Shown here piece by piece: positions 28,356-38,967 of a DNA stretch of 39,756 nt. A program made the position numbers and the translations under genes. The stretch's first letter is position 1. Each line of letters opens with the position of its first letter. Under the pieces are notes generated by a model that saw only the letters and a program-made list of their open reading frames with translations, was not told where the DNA came from and searched no databases. Origin of the DNA: Nitrososphaeraceae archaeon. GTDB lineage: Archaea > Thermoproteota > Nitrososphaeria > Nitrososphaerales > Nitrososphaeraceae. Location of the stretch: positions 1 to 39,756 of the forward strand of contig DATFEP010000056.1 of assembly GCA_035250975.1 (NCBI GenBank), in the 5' to 3' direction.

Positions 28356-28715
28356 AATAAATGAAATATTGCTAGAGTAATAAATTAATTAATTTATTTA
28401 TTTTTTAATATTCAATAATTATATTATTATAGATAGATAAAAACTCAATACTCTTACTCTTACGCCACAGTAACAATAAGGAATAGAACACCTAAATTCA
28501 TATAATAATAGACACTAATAAACTAATTTTATAATAATAATAAGAAATAAAATTTGTGTATCTGCAAAATAATAGATTAATTAATTAAAATAAAGTAAAA
28601 TTTAAATATCAAAATTAAAAAGAAGATATTTGAATTTTTTGCCTTTTATTGAAATAAATTCATATTATTTAAATCGATTTAAATATTCTGACAGATTTCA
28701 ATATCTTGAGGTTAA

Positions 28716-29111
28716 CTAGCGTAAAGATTTAGGGATTCTTATTCCCTTGTTATTCATTATCATATAGACCTCAGGTAAAGAATAAACAAAACCAATGTGA
28801 ATACAATCGGTCTTTTCGTCTACTAAGCATCTTAATTCACCATTTTTCAAGATCACTTCTACTATTCTATTTTTTTTATTGTCTTTAAGTAATACACGAT
28901 CAATATCAATAGAAATTTTTTCAATGAATGGAGCCTGTTTTGCAAAAGCCTCATGTTTTATCATAGTTTCTTCCATCATACTTGTAAGATATCCAGAAAA
29001 GCTTGTTATTCCTTTTAATTCTAAATCATTCTTTCTTTTTTCATACACCTTGAAAAATTTGTTGTAAACATTTTCGCTCACAGTAATAGATTTGAATCCA
29101 GGCTTTGGCAT
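28716..29111 (-). CDS. Conserved thaumarchaeal protein with N-terminal ribbon-helix-helix-like region and C/C/H motif
   Basis: MPKPGFKSITVSENVY (beta strand then helix), SFSGYL, C-x6-CIH. Confidence 0.7.
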   Translation of the reverse strand: MPKPGFKSITVSENVYNKFFKVYEKRKNDLELKGITSFSGYLTSMMEETMIKHEAFAKQAPFIEKISIDIDRVLLKDNKKNRIVEVILKNGELRCLVDEKTDCIHIGFVYSLPEVYMIMNNKGIRIPKSLR

Positions 29112-29120
29112 ATGAAAATT

Positions 29121-29136
29121 CCGTACATGACCGTAC
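29121..29136. promoter_or_regulatory. Direct repeat CCGTAC-N4-CCGTAC between TATA box and start codon
   Basis: Units at 29121-29126 and 29131-29136 (10-bp period); CTTATAT on minus strand at 29144-29138. Confidence 0.45.
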
Positions 29137-29442
29137 CATATAAGATTTACTGACCCTAAATATTTGCACTATAATCAAATTATCGTCATATTCTGTAATG
29201 ATATTGTCATGTGGACAGGCTTAATTTTTAGTTACTATTAAAAAAGGAAACTATTGATTTATTAGCATCCTCATTTTTGACGACATTCTTGCTTCTCTAT
29301 TAATTTAAATTCTAAGAAATTATAAAAATCAATCAATAAATCAATCAATAACCAGTTAGAATCAAAAGAAAGATTTTATGTAAATGAAAATAATTTATTT
29401 TTTGAAATGATTTAGTCAAACTAAGATATTTTCTTGGAAGAA

Positions 29443-30279
29443 TTAGCGAATGATTGTTGTCAAATATTGATACGCAGTCTTTGCAACTTCAACTGGATTA
29501 TCTTGATATGGGTATAATTCAACGGTAACAAAATCTTTATATCCTGTTTTTTCTATGGCCTCAACAACTTTAACAAAATCTATAGAACCATCGCCAGGTT
29601 TCAAATGGTAATGCACCTTATTACTTGCTATATCTGCCAAATGAAAATGTTCTGTATAATCTACGAGCTTATTAATAATTGCAGCAGGATCTTCTCCTAC
29701 ACAATAAAAATGACCTATATCAAAATTCAGTCTTATATAGTCTGAATCTACCAATCGCATTAATTCTAAAAATTGGATGGAATTCTCAATCAATAACGAT
29801 GGTTCCGGTTCTACTAAAATCTTTATACCTTTTTTTTCCGCAAATTCTGATACATATAGCAAACCCTTTACAAATATCTTTAAAAGTTTATCTCTATCTC
29901 CATTTAGTTTTTGATAATTGAATGGTCCTCCTGGCTCCGTAGACAAATTTTTTGCACCTAATTTCTCTGCTAGATTTATGCAATTTATGGTATGATTGAT
30001 CCTTGACTTTCTTAACTCATTACTGGATTCGATCCAGGATGGATGATAGACATCGCCGATGGAGTACAGAGTAAATGCATTCAGGTTAGAAATTCCTAAA
30101 CCAAGATCGGAAATCAATTTACGCGTTTCATTTATTTTATTATCTTCAAATTCTGGGGGATATGCATGAGGGCTATCACACAATATTTCCACTCCTTCGT
30201 ATCCTATCTTTGATATTTCTTTTATTGCAAAATCAAGTGAATATTTTTTAAAAGCATTAGTACTAAAAGCTAATTTCAT
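29443..30279 (-). CDS. Sugar phosphate isomerase/epimerase (xylose isomerase-like TIM barrel)
   Basis: GYEGVEI, VEPEP, NFDIGH, HFHLAD, H..PGDGSIDF and VELY metal-binding motifs. Confidence 0.88.
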   Translation of the reverse strand: MKLAFSTNAFKKYSLDFAIKEISKIGYEGVEILCDSPHAYPPEFEDNKINETRKLISDLGLGISNLNAFTLYSIGDVYHPSWIESSNELRKSRINHTINCINLAEKLGAKNLSTEPGGPFNYQKLNGDRDKLLKIFVKGLLYVSEFAEKKGIKILVEPEPSLLIENSIQFLELMRLVDSDYIRLNFDIGHFYCVGEDPAAIINKLVDYTEHFHLADIASNKVHYHLKPGDGSIDFVKVVEAIEKTGYKDFVTVELYPYQDNPVEVAKTAYQYLTTIIR

Positions 30280-30327
30280 AAATTTATCTCCATCCGGTAA
30301 ATCTAGGACAATATCTTCTAAAACAAA

Positions 30328-31143
30328 TTATGGTTTCCAAGTAAATTTATCCGATTGTTTGTAAAAATTGAAGGCATTATAAAAAGTAACATTTTCTATA
30401 TCTTTAGAGCTGAATCCTTCTTTTTTCATCTCTCTGGCTACTAGAGGAACACTTAAGGGATCCGAAATCCCCCAATCTGCAGCGCTATTTACCATGATGC
30501 GTTCAGAACCATATTTCCTTATGATATCCATTGCTCTTTTTGGATTTAATTTAGTAACGGGATAGACAGTTAAACCTGCCCAAAAACCCAATTCGAGTGT
30601 CTTTGCAATAGTATCCTCAGTATTATGATCTATCAAAATCTGATCTCGATTATATTGGCCATTATTAATTTTGGTCTCTGTTATCTTTTCCATTCTCTCC
30701 ATACCTTTTGTCTTGTTCTCATGTGGCAAATGAATCATGGTAAGCATATGTTTTGAAGATGCCAGTTCAAGTTGCTTTATAAAAATTTCTTCTTCAAATT
30801 CATTAATTAGATTATATCCAATTTCTCCTATAGCCACAACCCTTTCTCTGTCCAAAAATTTCTTCATCTCTTCTAATGCATCTGGTGCAAGAGGTCTATG
30901 TATCGCCTCTTTCGGATTAACAGAAATACAAACAAAATGCTCTATCCCAAATTGTTTTGCCCTAGCAGTTTCAAAAGATATCATATGTTCCCAATAATCA
31001 ATAAAGGTACCAACAGATGTTCTAGGGCTTCCCAACCAAAAAGAAGGCTGAACGATAACTTCAATTCCTGCCTTGGACATAATTTCATAATCATCGGTAG
31101 TTCTTGAATACATATGAATATGAGGATCAAATAGCCGTGACAT
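30328..31143 (-). CDS. TatD-family hydrolase, EboB-like
   Basis: DPHIHMYSRTTDDY...PSFWLGSPRT...QFGI...NPKEA, AIGEIG, DHN, NSAADWGISDPL: EboB-type subfamily pattern. Confidence 0.85.
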   Translation of the reverse strand: MSRLFDPHIHMYSRTTDDYEIMSKAGIEVIVQPSFWLGSPRTSVGTFIDYWEHMISFETARAKQFGIEHFVCISVNPKEAIHRPLAPDALEEMKKFLDRERVVAIGEIGYNLINEFEEEIFIKQLELASSKHMLTMIHLPHENKTKGMERMEKITETKINNGQYNRDQILIDHNTEDTIAKTLELGFWAGLTVYPVTKLNPKRAMDIIRKYGSERIMVNSAADWGISDPLSVPLVAREMKKEGFSSKDIENVTFYNAFNFYKQSDKFTWKP

Positions 31144-31530
31144 CCATCTTACTTGATATAAGTAAATAATAATAAATGTTATCGACTTAAGGTCCAGATA
31201 ATGTAATTAATCGTTTGACACAATTATGATCAATATTTTATATCGTAATATCTTCCAAATTTATCGAATTATATAAATTATAATAGTCTATACATAGAGT
31301 AACATATTATATATTTGTTATTATTAGAGGATCATAATATTTTTTTTGAAATCGCTTTGTCCGAATATAAATCCACCCTTATTAAATTACATTACATTAT
31401 ATTCATTCATCTATTTTATAATGCATAAATATGATGAAATAGTAACTCCATCTTACTTTTAAGATTTTTAAACAAAATTTGAAAACGAACAACTAATAAG
31501 AAGATATTTAAATATTCTAATCTAATACTA

Positions 31531-32481
31531 TTGAAATATCAACCAACTCTGACTAATCTTAAAAAGAGTTCTGATCCGAATGATTTGTCCATAGAAATTG
31601 CAGGAATACATTTCAGAAATCCTTTGCTATTAGCATCTGGTTTTTTAGGAATCTCTCAAGAAATTTTCAATAGATTATATAGATCAGGTTTAGGAGCTGT
31701 CGTTAGTAAGTCTATAAGTGTTGATCCTATGGAGGGCTATAAAGGCCCTACAATAGTTTCAATTAACCAGAAGAGTTATTTAAATGCGATTGGCCTATCA
31801 AATCCAGGAGCAGATGCATTTTCAGAAGAAATCTCAAATAATACTGTTCCATTAATTGTAAGTCTGGTGGGTTCAAGTGCAATAGAATTCCCAAATTTGA
31901 TTAAAAAATTCGATAAACTCAATATTCTTGGATACGAAATAAATCTATCGTGTCCTCACGTAGCCAAAATGGGAATGGAAGTTGGGGATGATCCTACTTT
32001 GGTAACTAAAATTATTAAAACTATTAAAGCAAATACCAAAAAACCAGTAATTATCAAAGTTGGTATAGGTAATGTGGACGTAATAAAGCTTGCAGATATA
32101 ATAGAAGAATCTGGGGCAGACGCGATTACTGCAATAAATACCATACGGGCAATGGCAATAAATACTGAGACCGGGATGCCTATCCTCAGTAATAAAATTG
32201 GAGGCCTTTCTGGGAGCTCTATAAAGCCTATCGGTGTCAGATGTGTTTATGAGATCTCAAAAAAAGTAAGTATTCCTGTGATTGGCTGTGGTGGCATCAT
32301 GAATTGGGAAGATGTAATAGAATACATGCTGGCCGGGGCCGCGACAGTAGAGTTAGGTTCAGTTATTGGTTATCATGGTTTAGGTGTTATTAATAAAATA
32401 ATTAAAGGAATTAGTGGATATTTGGATAAAAAAGGCTACAAAAGTGTCAAGGAGATTATTGGAATTGCACACAGATATTGA
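31531..32481 (+). CDS. pyrD: Dihydroorotate dehydrogenase, family 1B catalytic subunit
   Basis: NPLLLASG, NAIGLSNPG, EINLSCPH, INT, GGLSG, IGCGGI. Confidence 0.95.
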   Translation: MKYQPTLTNLKKSSDPNDLSIEIAGIHFRNPLLLASGFLGISQEIFNRLYRSGLGAVVSKSISVDPMEGYKGPTIVSINQKSYLNAIGLSNPGADAFSEEISNNTVPLIVSLVGSSAIEFPNLIKKFDKLNILGYEINLSCPHVAKMGMEVGDDPTLVTKIIKTIKANTKKPVIIKVGIGNVDVIKLADIIEESGADAITAINTIRAMAINTETGMPILSNKIGGLSGSSIKPIGVRCVYEISKKVSIPVIGCGGIMNWEDVIEYMLAGAATVELGSVIGYHGLGVINKIIKGISGYLDKKGYKSVKEIIGIAHRY

Positions 32482-33286
32482 TAGTATTCGTACCGTAGTA
32501 ATAGAGCAAGTAATTGAAGAAACACCATCGATTAAAACCCTGATATTCAAAGACCATCTTTCGTATAATGCTAAACCTGGACAATTCTTGATGGTATGGA
32601 TTCCTAGAATCGAAGAACTGCCAATGAGTGTAATGTTTTCAAAGAAATTAGGTTATGCAGCAGTTACCATTAGAAAACATGGTATAGGTTCTACTGCATT
32701 ATTTAATAAGAAATTGAATGATGTGATAGGGATAAGAGGTCCATATGGAAACTCGTTTAGTATAAACAAAAATGCCAAAAACGTAATGTTGGCAGGTGGT
32801 GGGACGGGTTTAGTTCCGTTAATGCGATTTGCTAATTTTTTAACCAATTCTAAAATAAAATATACTTTAATAATTGGGGCAAAAACAAAAAATGAAGTCC
32901 TTTTTTACAATTTGGCAAAACAAATAGTATCAAAAACAAGTAATAAAATAATTGTAACCACTGAAGACGGCACTTTTGGAATAAAGGGAAAGGTCACTGA
33001 TGCTATAAAGTATATAATAAATAAAGAAAAATTTGATTTTATATATACTTGTGGTCCTGAGATGATGATGAAAAATATTTTTACAATATCCTTGGATTAT
33101 ACCATTCGCTTTCAGGCCAGTCTGGAGAGATATATGAAATGCGGGATAGGAATATGTGCCAGCTGTTGCATCGGTGATAAACTTGTATGTACCGACGGAA
33201 CAATATTTAATGAAAAACAATTGTCTCTAATGCCCGAGTTTGGTAAATTTTTTAGGGATAAATCCGGACGTAAATCCAGATATTGA
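32465..33286 (+). CDS. pyrK: Dihydroorotate dehydrogenase electron transfer subunit
   Basis: PGQFLMVW, RGPYGN, GGGTG, CGPE, ERYMKCGIGICASC...VCTDG (2Fe-2S). TTG at 32465 preferred to 32414; overlaps the end of pyrD. Confidence 0.93.
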   Translation: MHTDIDSIRTVVIEQVIEETPSIKTLIFKDHLSYNAKPGQFLMVWIPRIEELPMSVMFSKKLGYAAVTIRKHGIGSTALFNKKLNDVIGIRGPYGNSFSINKNAKNVMLAGGGTGLVPLMRFANFLTNSKIKYTLIIGAKTKNEVLFYNLAKQIVSKTSNKIIVTTEDGTFGIKGKVTDAIKYIINKEKFDFIYTCGPEMMMKNIFTISLDYTIRFQASLERYMKCGIGICASCCIGDKLVCTDGTIFNEKQLSLMPEFGKFFRDKSGRKSRY

Positions 33287-33354
33287 AAATATATCTAATT
33301 TTATCCCAGACAACAATAGGCACGTCAGTAAGAAGATCCTATCTAATTTAGTTT

Positions 33355-34788
33355 TTAATTTCTTTTGGTCTCCATCATGTTTTTGTTTGGCTCCTTTGGT
33401 CTAAAGGATCTTAACTTTTTGTGCATTTTTGATCTAGGCACAAAATATTTATCAAAATTGATGTCTCTTATATCAAGGAAGGCCTTTCCCTTCCTACCAA
33501 TACTTCCTATAACCTCTGGTTCTAGATTTATCTTTTTTAAATCTTGAATTATCGAATCTGTCAACTCTCTGCTTGCTATTATTGCATGACAACCATTAAC
33601 AGAAGAGGTTGGATTTTGCAAAAAATATTCCTTTACTGCATAGCAAGCGATTTCATGATATTTTATCGGAATCTTGTGTATCGTTATCTCGCTATCTGTG
33701 TATTGAGATAGGAGTTTTATAGCCAATAATCCTTTTGTCAGAATGGGAAATACTGCAGTAATATGTTGAGACTTATCGTATTCTCCTCCAAAATCTGGAC
33801 AATATTTGTTAATAATCTTTCCCAGCTCAAATCTCGGATGAATCAAGTTTTTGAAAATCATATCCTTAGTATGTTTCAAGGTCTCATAAGAAACCCCATT
33901 GTTTTCAAACAATGAAATATTTTCTTCATTGATCTGTGTTAATAGGAATAAATTGAGTGGTATTATCGAGCCGAATTTGTCTGTAATTATTAAATTCATT
34001 CCTTCTTCTGTATCTTCATATCTCAAGGGTAATTCTTTGAGTGTAGTTGCAGTAGATGTTGCACCAAAGAAGAGATTTCCTATTTTCAGAGAAGGATAAT
34101 CCTCCATGTAGATATTGTTTGAGAGTGTAAAAAAATCAAAATTCTTTCTTGTAATATCTAGAATCTCTTCTGTAGGTCCATCATAAATCGGAAATATTCT
34201 AAATTCAGATGTACATCCTAGAAGGTTTAAATTTTCTATGGCGCCTGATACTGTAATCTGGGTATGAATTTCTGATTCAGGTATATCCATCACATCAGTA
34301 ACCTGTGTGACATAATTATTTGCGAGTATGTATCCAATTTTATTTCCTCTTCTTGTTTCTATAAAATCCAATAATGCAAACTGTTTTTTTGATGAAGTGC
34401 TTAATACTGTTACTTTTTTTGTATTAAATTTAGATTTAAAACCACTAATAAAATTATACAACAGACTAAATCTTTTTTCTGCATCTTCGCTAATGTCACT
34501 ATTCATACAAATGATTGTTAATGCTTTTTTAATTCCAGTTTCGCTTTGTGAAACTTCTGAATCTGTGAAATCATAGAATCTCCTTGTTAATTCAGGGAAT
34601 TTTCCTTCACATTTAATGAAATAGTCAATCCAATCTGGTGTAAATTTCGCGTTTGTACCTTTAATCCTATTTATAGAATTTTCAAATACGTCCTGATCAA
34701 TTTCATTAGAAAAATTAGTAATCCAATTAAGAGGTTCAAAACCATATTCTTTATATCTAAATATATTATGCCAAAAATCTTGACTCAA
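33355..34788 (-). CDS. SelD-like / AIR synthase-fold protein (degenerate)
   Basis: YKEYGFEPLNW N-terminus, PIYDGP, LFFGAT, LIITDKFG, NGCHAII, PEVIGSI resemble the archaeal SelD-like family. Confidence 0.6.
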   Translation of the reverse strand: MSQDFWHNIFRYKEYGFEPLNWITNFSNEIDQDVFENSINRIKGTNAKFTPDWIDYFIKCEGKFPELTRRFYDFTDSEVSQSETGIKKALTIICMNSDISEDAEKRFSLLYNFISGFKSKFNTKKVTVLSTSSKKQFALLDFIETRRGNKIGYILANNYVTQVTDVMDIPESEIHTQITVSGAIENLNLLGCTSEFRIFPIYDGPTEEILDITRKNFDFFTLSNNIYMEDYPSLKIGNLFFGATSTATTLKELPLRYEDTEEGMNLIITDKFGSIIPLNLFLLTQINEENISLFENNGVSYETLKHTKDMIFKNLIHPRFELGKIINKYCPDFGGEYDKSQHITAVFPILTKGLLAIKLLSQYTDSEITIHKIPIKYHEIACYAVKEYFLQNPTSSVNGCHAIIASRELTDSIIQDLKKINLEPEVIGSIGRKGKAFLDIRDINFDKYFVPRSKMHKKLRSFRPKEPNKNMMETKRN

Positions 34789-35302
34789 GATAATCCAATA
34801 TATGGTTTAATATAATGATATTTAAAATATAGATATTTTAAGCATTCCATTATCCTCTTTTCATTCGAAAACTACAGAAAAGAAAGTTGTAAAATACTGA
34901 CTTAACTATTCCCCGAACCATTCTACATGTCTCATTATTTTTTTATTCAAAATTATTTAGTTAGATCATAAAATAATATGATTTTACCATTATGAATATT
35001 ATACACAATAAATCTGACAATCGCTCATTATTGGCGTCATCCCCCAGATATAATATGTTCCCAGAAAATTAATTGACAACATATATTGTTGCTTCATCTT
35101 TCTCAATTATGTAGCATTAGGTAGATTTTAAAAGATCTTATATCATATTTTCCTGATTTGGCAAAAATTTCGATAATGACTGGATAATCAATCAAATGAT
35201 ATTAAATCAGATCAATATTGATATTTTAAGGTAAAACTGGGCAATATACATGGTTTGAGAATAAATAAATATAGAGTTAAGAAGATATCTTTACTATTTA
35301 TA

Positions 35303-36112
35303 ATGTCTGAATCAGGTCATAGATCATCCATTGCAAATTCCAACAATTCAAGCTTGGCTCAAAACATGGAGCACTCTATTGATTCATCGAATATAAAAAC
35401 TCTCGCATCCAAATTCGAACGTAAACCTGCCCAAGAGATATTAAAGTGGTCTTTTGATAATTACGGAACGAAAATTGCTCTGGCTTCAAGTTTTGGTATG
35501 GAAGATGTTATATTAATAGACATGATGGTCAAAATCAATAAAAATAAAACTAAAATTTTTACTCTCGATACAGGGAGACTTAATCAGGAAACGTATGATT
35601 TAATGGATGAAATATCGAAAAAATATGATATTACTATTGATACATATTTTCCAGATTCATTTGAAGTAGAAGAGATGGTTCGTACCAAGGGTTTTAATCT
35701 AATGTATAAAAGCATTGAAAATAGAAAACTTTGCTGTGGAATTAGGAAAGTTAATCCATTAAACAGAGCATTGAGATCTCTGGATGGATGGATAACGGGT
35801 TTACGAAGAGAACAATCTGTCACAAGATCGGATATAGAAAAGGTTGAAATCGATACCGCTCATAATAATATACTAAAAATTAATCCCCTTGCAGATTGGA
35901 CAGAAAAAATGGTTTGGACATATATAAAAGAAAATAATGTTCCATACAATAAATTGCATGATAAGGGGTATCCAAGCATTGGATGTGAACCATGTACAAG
36001 AGCAATATCGCCTGGGGAAGATATTAGGTCAGGTCGCTGGTGGTGGGAACAGCCAGATCAGAAAGAATGTGGTCTTCATATCGATCAAAGCAAGACAAGT
36101 AACCAGAAATGA
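35303..36112 (+). CDS. cysH: Thioredoxin-dependent APS/PAPS reductase, [4Fe-4S] APS-type
   Basis: LDTGRL, CCGIRKV, WITGLRREQ, YPSIGCEPCT, RSGRWWWE, KECGLH. ATG at 35303 preferred. Confidence 0.93.
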   Translation: MSESGHRSSIANSNNSSLAQNMEHSIDSSNIKTLASKFERKPAQEILKWSFDNYGTKIALASSFGMEDVILIDMMVKINKNKTKIFTLDTGRLNQETYDLMDEISKKYDITIDTYFPDSFEVEEMVRTKGFNLMYKSIENRKLCCGIRKVNPLNRALRSLDGWITGLRREQSVTRSDIEKVEIDTAHNNILKINPLADWTEKMVWTYIKENNVPYNKLHDKGYPSIGCEPCTRAISPGEDIRSGRWWWEQPDQKECGLHIDQSKTSNQK

Positions 36113-36183
36113 GATCCAATATTATTATTATATGTATATCAAAGATGTTATTAAAATGGATCTAATCAGGTAGAGATAAAAAA

Positions 36184-37353
36184 ATGAAAGAAGTATCAAA
36201 ATGTTACGATGTTATAGATAGAATTCCCAATCCACACGGAGGGAAGCTGGTAAATCAATTTCTAGAGTCTAAAAAGTTGACTGATGACATGTATCGCATA
36301 GATGTTGATGACGATCTGAGGAATGATATAGAGAATATTGCTGATGGTATTTTCAGTCCATTGGATGGTTTTGTTGAAAAAGATGATTTTGAGAGTATTT
36401 TAACGTCTGGGAGACTAAAAAATGGATTACCATGGACGATACCGATAATACTTGATGTAAGTAAGGACACTGCAGTACAGCTCAAAGAACACAAGGAAAT
36501 TTCGTTAAGAAATAATAGTGAACATTTTGCAATATTATATTTTGATGAATATTATGGATACAATAAATTGCAAATGGCAAGGTCTCTTTACCAAACAGAT
36601 GATGAGAAACATCCGGGCGTATCTAAAACTTTTAAATTAAAAGATTTTTTAGTATCAGGAAAGATTGAAGTAAATAAAAAAAATTTTGATTCAAAATTAA
36701 GAAATTATAGATTAGAGCCATCTGTGACTAGAGCAGAGATTAAAAAACGTGGATGGAATAGTGTAGTAGGTTTTCAGACACGAAATATTCCACATATAGC
36801 TCATGAAATGTTACAAAAAGCAGCCCTCAATATATACGATGGATTGTTTATAAATCCTCTAATAGGGAAAAAGAAAACAGGCGATTTTCGAGATGAAGTC
36901 ATATTTGAATCGTACATGAAATTAATTGATAATTATTACCCACAAAATAAAGTGATGTTTGTTACACTTCATACCGAAATGAGATATGCTGGACCAAAGG
37001 AGGCAATACATCATGCAATTATGAGAAAAAATTTTGGTTGTTCTCATTTTATTGTGGGACGAGATCATGCCGGTGTTGGGGATTATTACCCTCCTTTTGC
37101 TGCTCATGAAATATTCAAAGAATTTCCTGATATTGGTATCCAACCTATTTTCTTTCCTACATTTTACTATTGTAAAAAGTGTTTAGGATATGCAAATGAA
37201 AGGAACTGTCCACACGGACCTGAATATAAAGAAGAGCTTAGCGGGACGAGAATGAGAAAGATGGTTACAGACGGAGATCTTCCAGGAAAACATTTGTTAC
37301 GTCCAGAAATTGCAGAGGTTATTACGAAATTTTCAGATCCCTTTGTGAAATAG
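36184..37353 (+). CDS. sat: Sulfate adenylyltransferase (ATP sulfurylase)
   Basis: PHGGKL, FSPLDGF, FQTRNIPHIAHE, MRYAGPKEA, VGRDHAG, zinc motif CKKC...CPH. Confidence 0.96.
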   Translation: MKEVSKCYDVIDRIPNPHGGKLVNQFLESKKLTDDMYRIDVDDDLRNDIENIADGIFSPLDGFVEKDDFESILTSGRLKNGLPWTIPIILDVSKDTAVQLKEHKEISLRNNSEHFAILYFDEYYGYNKLQMARSLYQTDDEKHPGVSKTFKLKDFLVSGKIEVNKKNFDSKLRNYRLEPSVTRAEIKKRGWNSVVGFQTRNIPHIAHEMLQKAALNIYDGLFINPLIGKKKTGDFRDEVIFESYMKLIDNYYPQNKVMFVTLHTEMRYAGPKEAIHHAIMRKNFGCSHFIVGRDHAGVGDYYPPFAAHEIFKEFPDIGIQPIFFPTFYYCKKCLGYANERNCPHGPEYKEELSGTRMRKMVTDGDLPGKHLLRPEIAEVITKFSDPFVK

Positions 37354-37455
37354 ATTGGATTGAAAGAAATTGTTCCACAGATATTTCCAATACAAATCAA
37401 AAAAATTTGCTAAATATTGTTTTCATTTTCAATTTAAAAAACCAGTACCGTCATA

Positions 37456-38265
37456 TTGAAAGAAAGAAAATTAGATCAAATGCATTTTATTGGAGCTGAT
37501 TTTAAATATAATAGAAATCTACATTTGCTAAAACTTTATTTAATCACATCTGTTCTCTTGTTGGTATTTTTTTCTACCACTTCTGTATACGCACAGAACC
37601 AATCTCAAACGATATATCATTCTAATATAGGAGATATTGATGTTCTAAAAACTAAAAATAGTGAAAGATTTGTCCTGTCGTATGATGCTTCTAACACTGA
37701 TAGAAAGGACCCACTTATCTATACGTATGATCCTCCAAAAGGTATCAATTGGCTCCTTTTTATAGAAAATAATATGACTTACTCCAATTCTAGTGAAGCA
37801 AAAACAATAATCAAATTAATGGAACCAAAACCAAGTGAAAAGTTCATAGAGTTAGCTTTATTCGAAAAAAATAGCAAATTCTGGGTGGCTGTTAATACAA
37901 ACGAATCTGGATACATACGAGTTCATGAGAGGGATACAGACGGCTGGTCAACTGAACAACCAATTAACATTGGGCATGCAAATAATCAGGGATTGACAGT
38001 AACTAACGGCAAGAGAATAGTAATAGATAAACTCTCGCTTGATGGATTTAATTTAGGTTCAATAGCTGTGTATGGAAAAGATGATGTCAATTCTCCAGTA
38101 AACAGTGTGGATGGACTTATTTCATTCAATCTTTTATATGGTGATCCACGTGATTCTCCGCTGTATTTCTTGCCAATAATAATGTTAGTTCTTGTAGGGG
38201 GTGTGATCCTTTTCTTGTTAAAAATCAAGAAACGGGATAAAGAGAAGGAAGATACCATACAATAA
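37456..38265 (+). CDS. Hypothetical secreted protein with C-terminal membrane anchor
   Basis: Signal peptide ending VYA, beta-rich body, TM helix plus KIKKR tail; true start probably downstream of 37456. Confidence 0.7.
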   Translation: MKERKLDQMHFIGADFKYNRNLHLLKLYLITSVLLLVFFSTTSVYAQNQSQTIYHSNIGDIDVLKTKNSERFVLSYDASNTDRKDPLIYTYDPPKGINWLLFIENNMTYSNSSEAKTIIKLMEPKPSEKFIELALFEKNSKFWVAVNTNESGYIRVHERDTDGWSTEQPINIGHANNQGLTVTNGKRIVIDKLSLDGFNLGSIAVYGKDDVNSPVNSVDGLISFNLLYGDPRDSPLYFLPIIMLVLVGGVILFLLKIKKRDKEKEDTIQ

Positions 38266-38289
38266 TAATGGATAAATAGCTAATTCCTT

Positions 38290-38967
38290 TCAATTGTTTT
38301 CTTTAAAATTGGACATATAATACTTGCAAATATTAGTTAAACCACAAATCTTACATCTGGGTTTTATGGGGAGGCAAATATTTTGGCCATACATTACAAA
38401 AGTATTGTTCAGAACCAACCAGTGTTTTCTATCGACTATTTTGGAGAGTTCTGCTTCAGTATCTTTGGGATTTTTAGTGTTTACCAGTCCTATACGATTT
38501 GAAATTCTATGGACATGGATATCAACAGGTATGGCAGGTTCATTAAAGGCATAAACTAGAACACAGTTAGCAGTTTTTCGTCCAACACCAGGTAATTCCA
38601 AAAGATCATTTATCCTGTTTGGCACCATTCCATCATACTTTTCAGCTATTATCTGCGCTACTTGTTTAATCCTCAAAGCCTTTGTATTGTAAAAACCTAT
38701 GCTATGGATTATAGACTTTAATTCATCAATATCTGCATCTGCCAGTTCTTTTGCATCTTTGTATTTTAAAAATAATTTATGAACTACCTTTGATGTATTT
38801 TCGTCTCTGGAACGGGCTGATAAGATAGTGCCTATCAATATCTTGAAAGGATCATTTTTCTCTTCCATTTGTAGTTCCTTTAATGCGGTAGGTCGTGTCA
38901 ACTTATTCCTATTTGCCAATATTCTTTCCATTTTTTTCAAAATTTTACCTACTGATATTTTCGCCAT
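38290..38967 (-). CDS. nth: Endonuclease III
   Basis: LIGTILSA, LPGVGRKTAN (HhH), VDIHVHR, C-x6-C-x2-C-x5-C [4Fe-4S]. Confidence 0.95.
   Translation of the reverse strand: MAKISVGKILKKMERILANRNKLTRPTALKELQMEEKNDPFKILIGTILSARSRDENTSKVVHKLFLKYKDAKELADADIDELKSIIHSIGFYNTKALRIKQVAQIIAEKYDGMVPNRINDLLELPGVGRKTANCVLVYAFNEPAIPVDIHVHRISNRIGLVNTKNPKDTEAELSKIVDRKHWLVLNNTFVMYGQNICLPIKPRCKICGLTNICKYYMSNFKENN

Noticed and set aside
32414-32481. Programmed frameshift or fusion of pyrD and pyrK
   Set aside because: An in-frame TTG at 32465 gives an ordinary short overlap; both proteins look complete.
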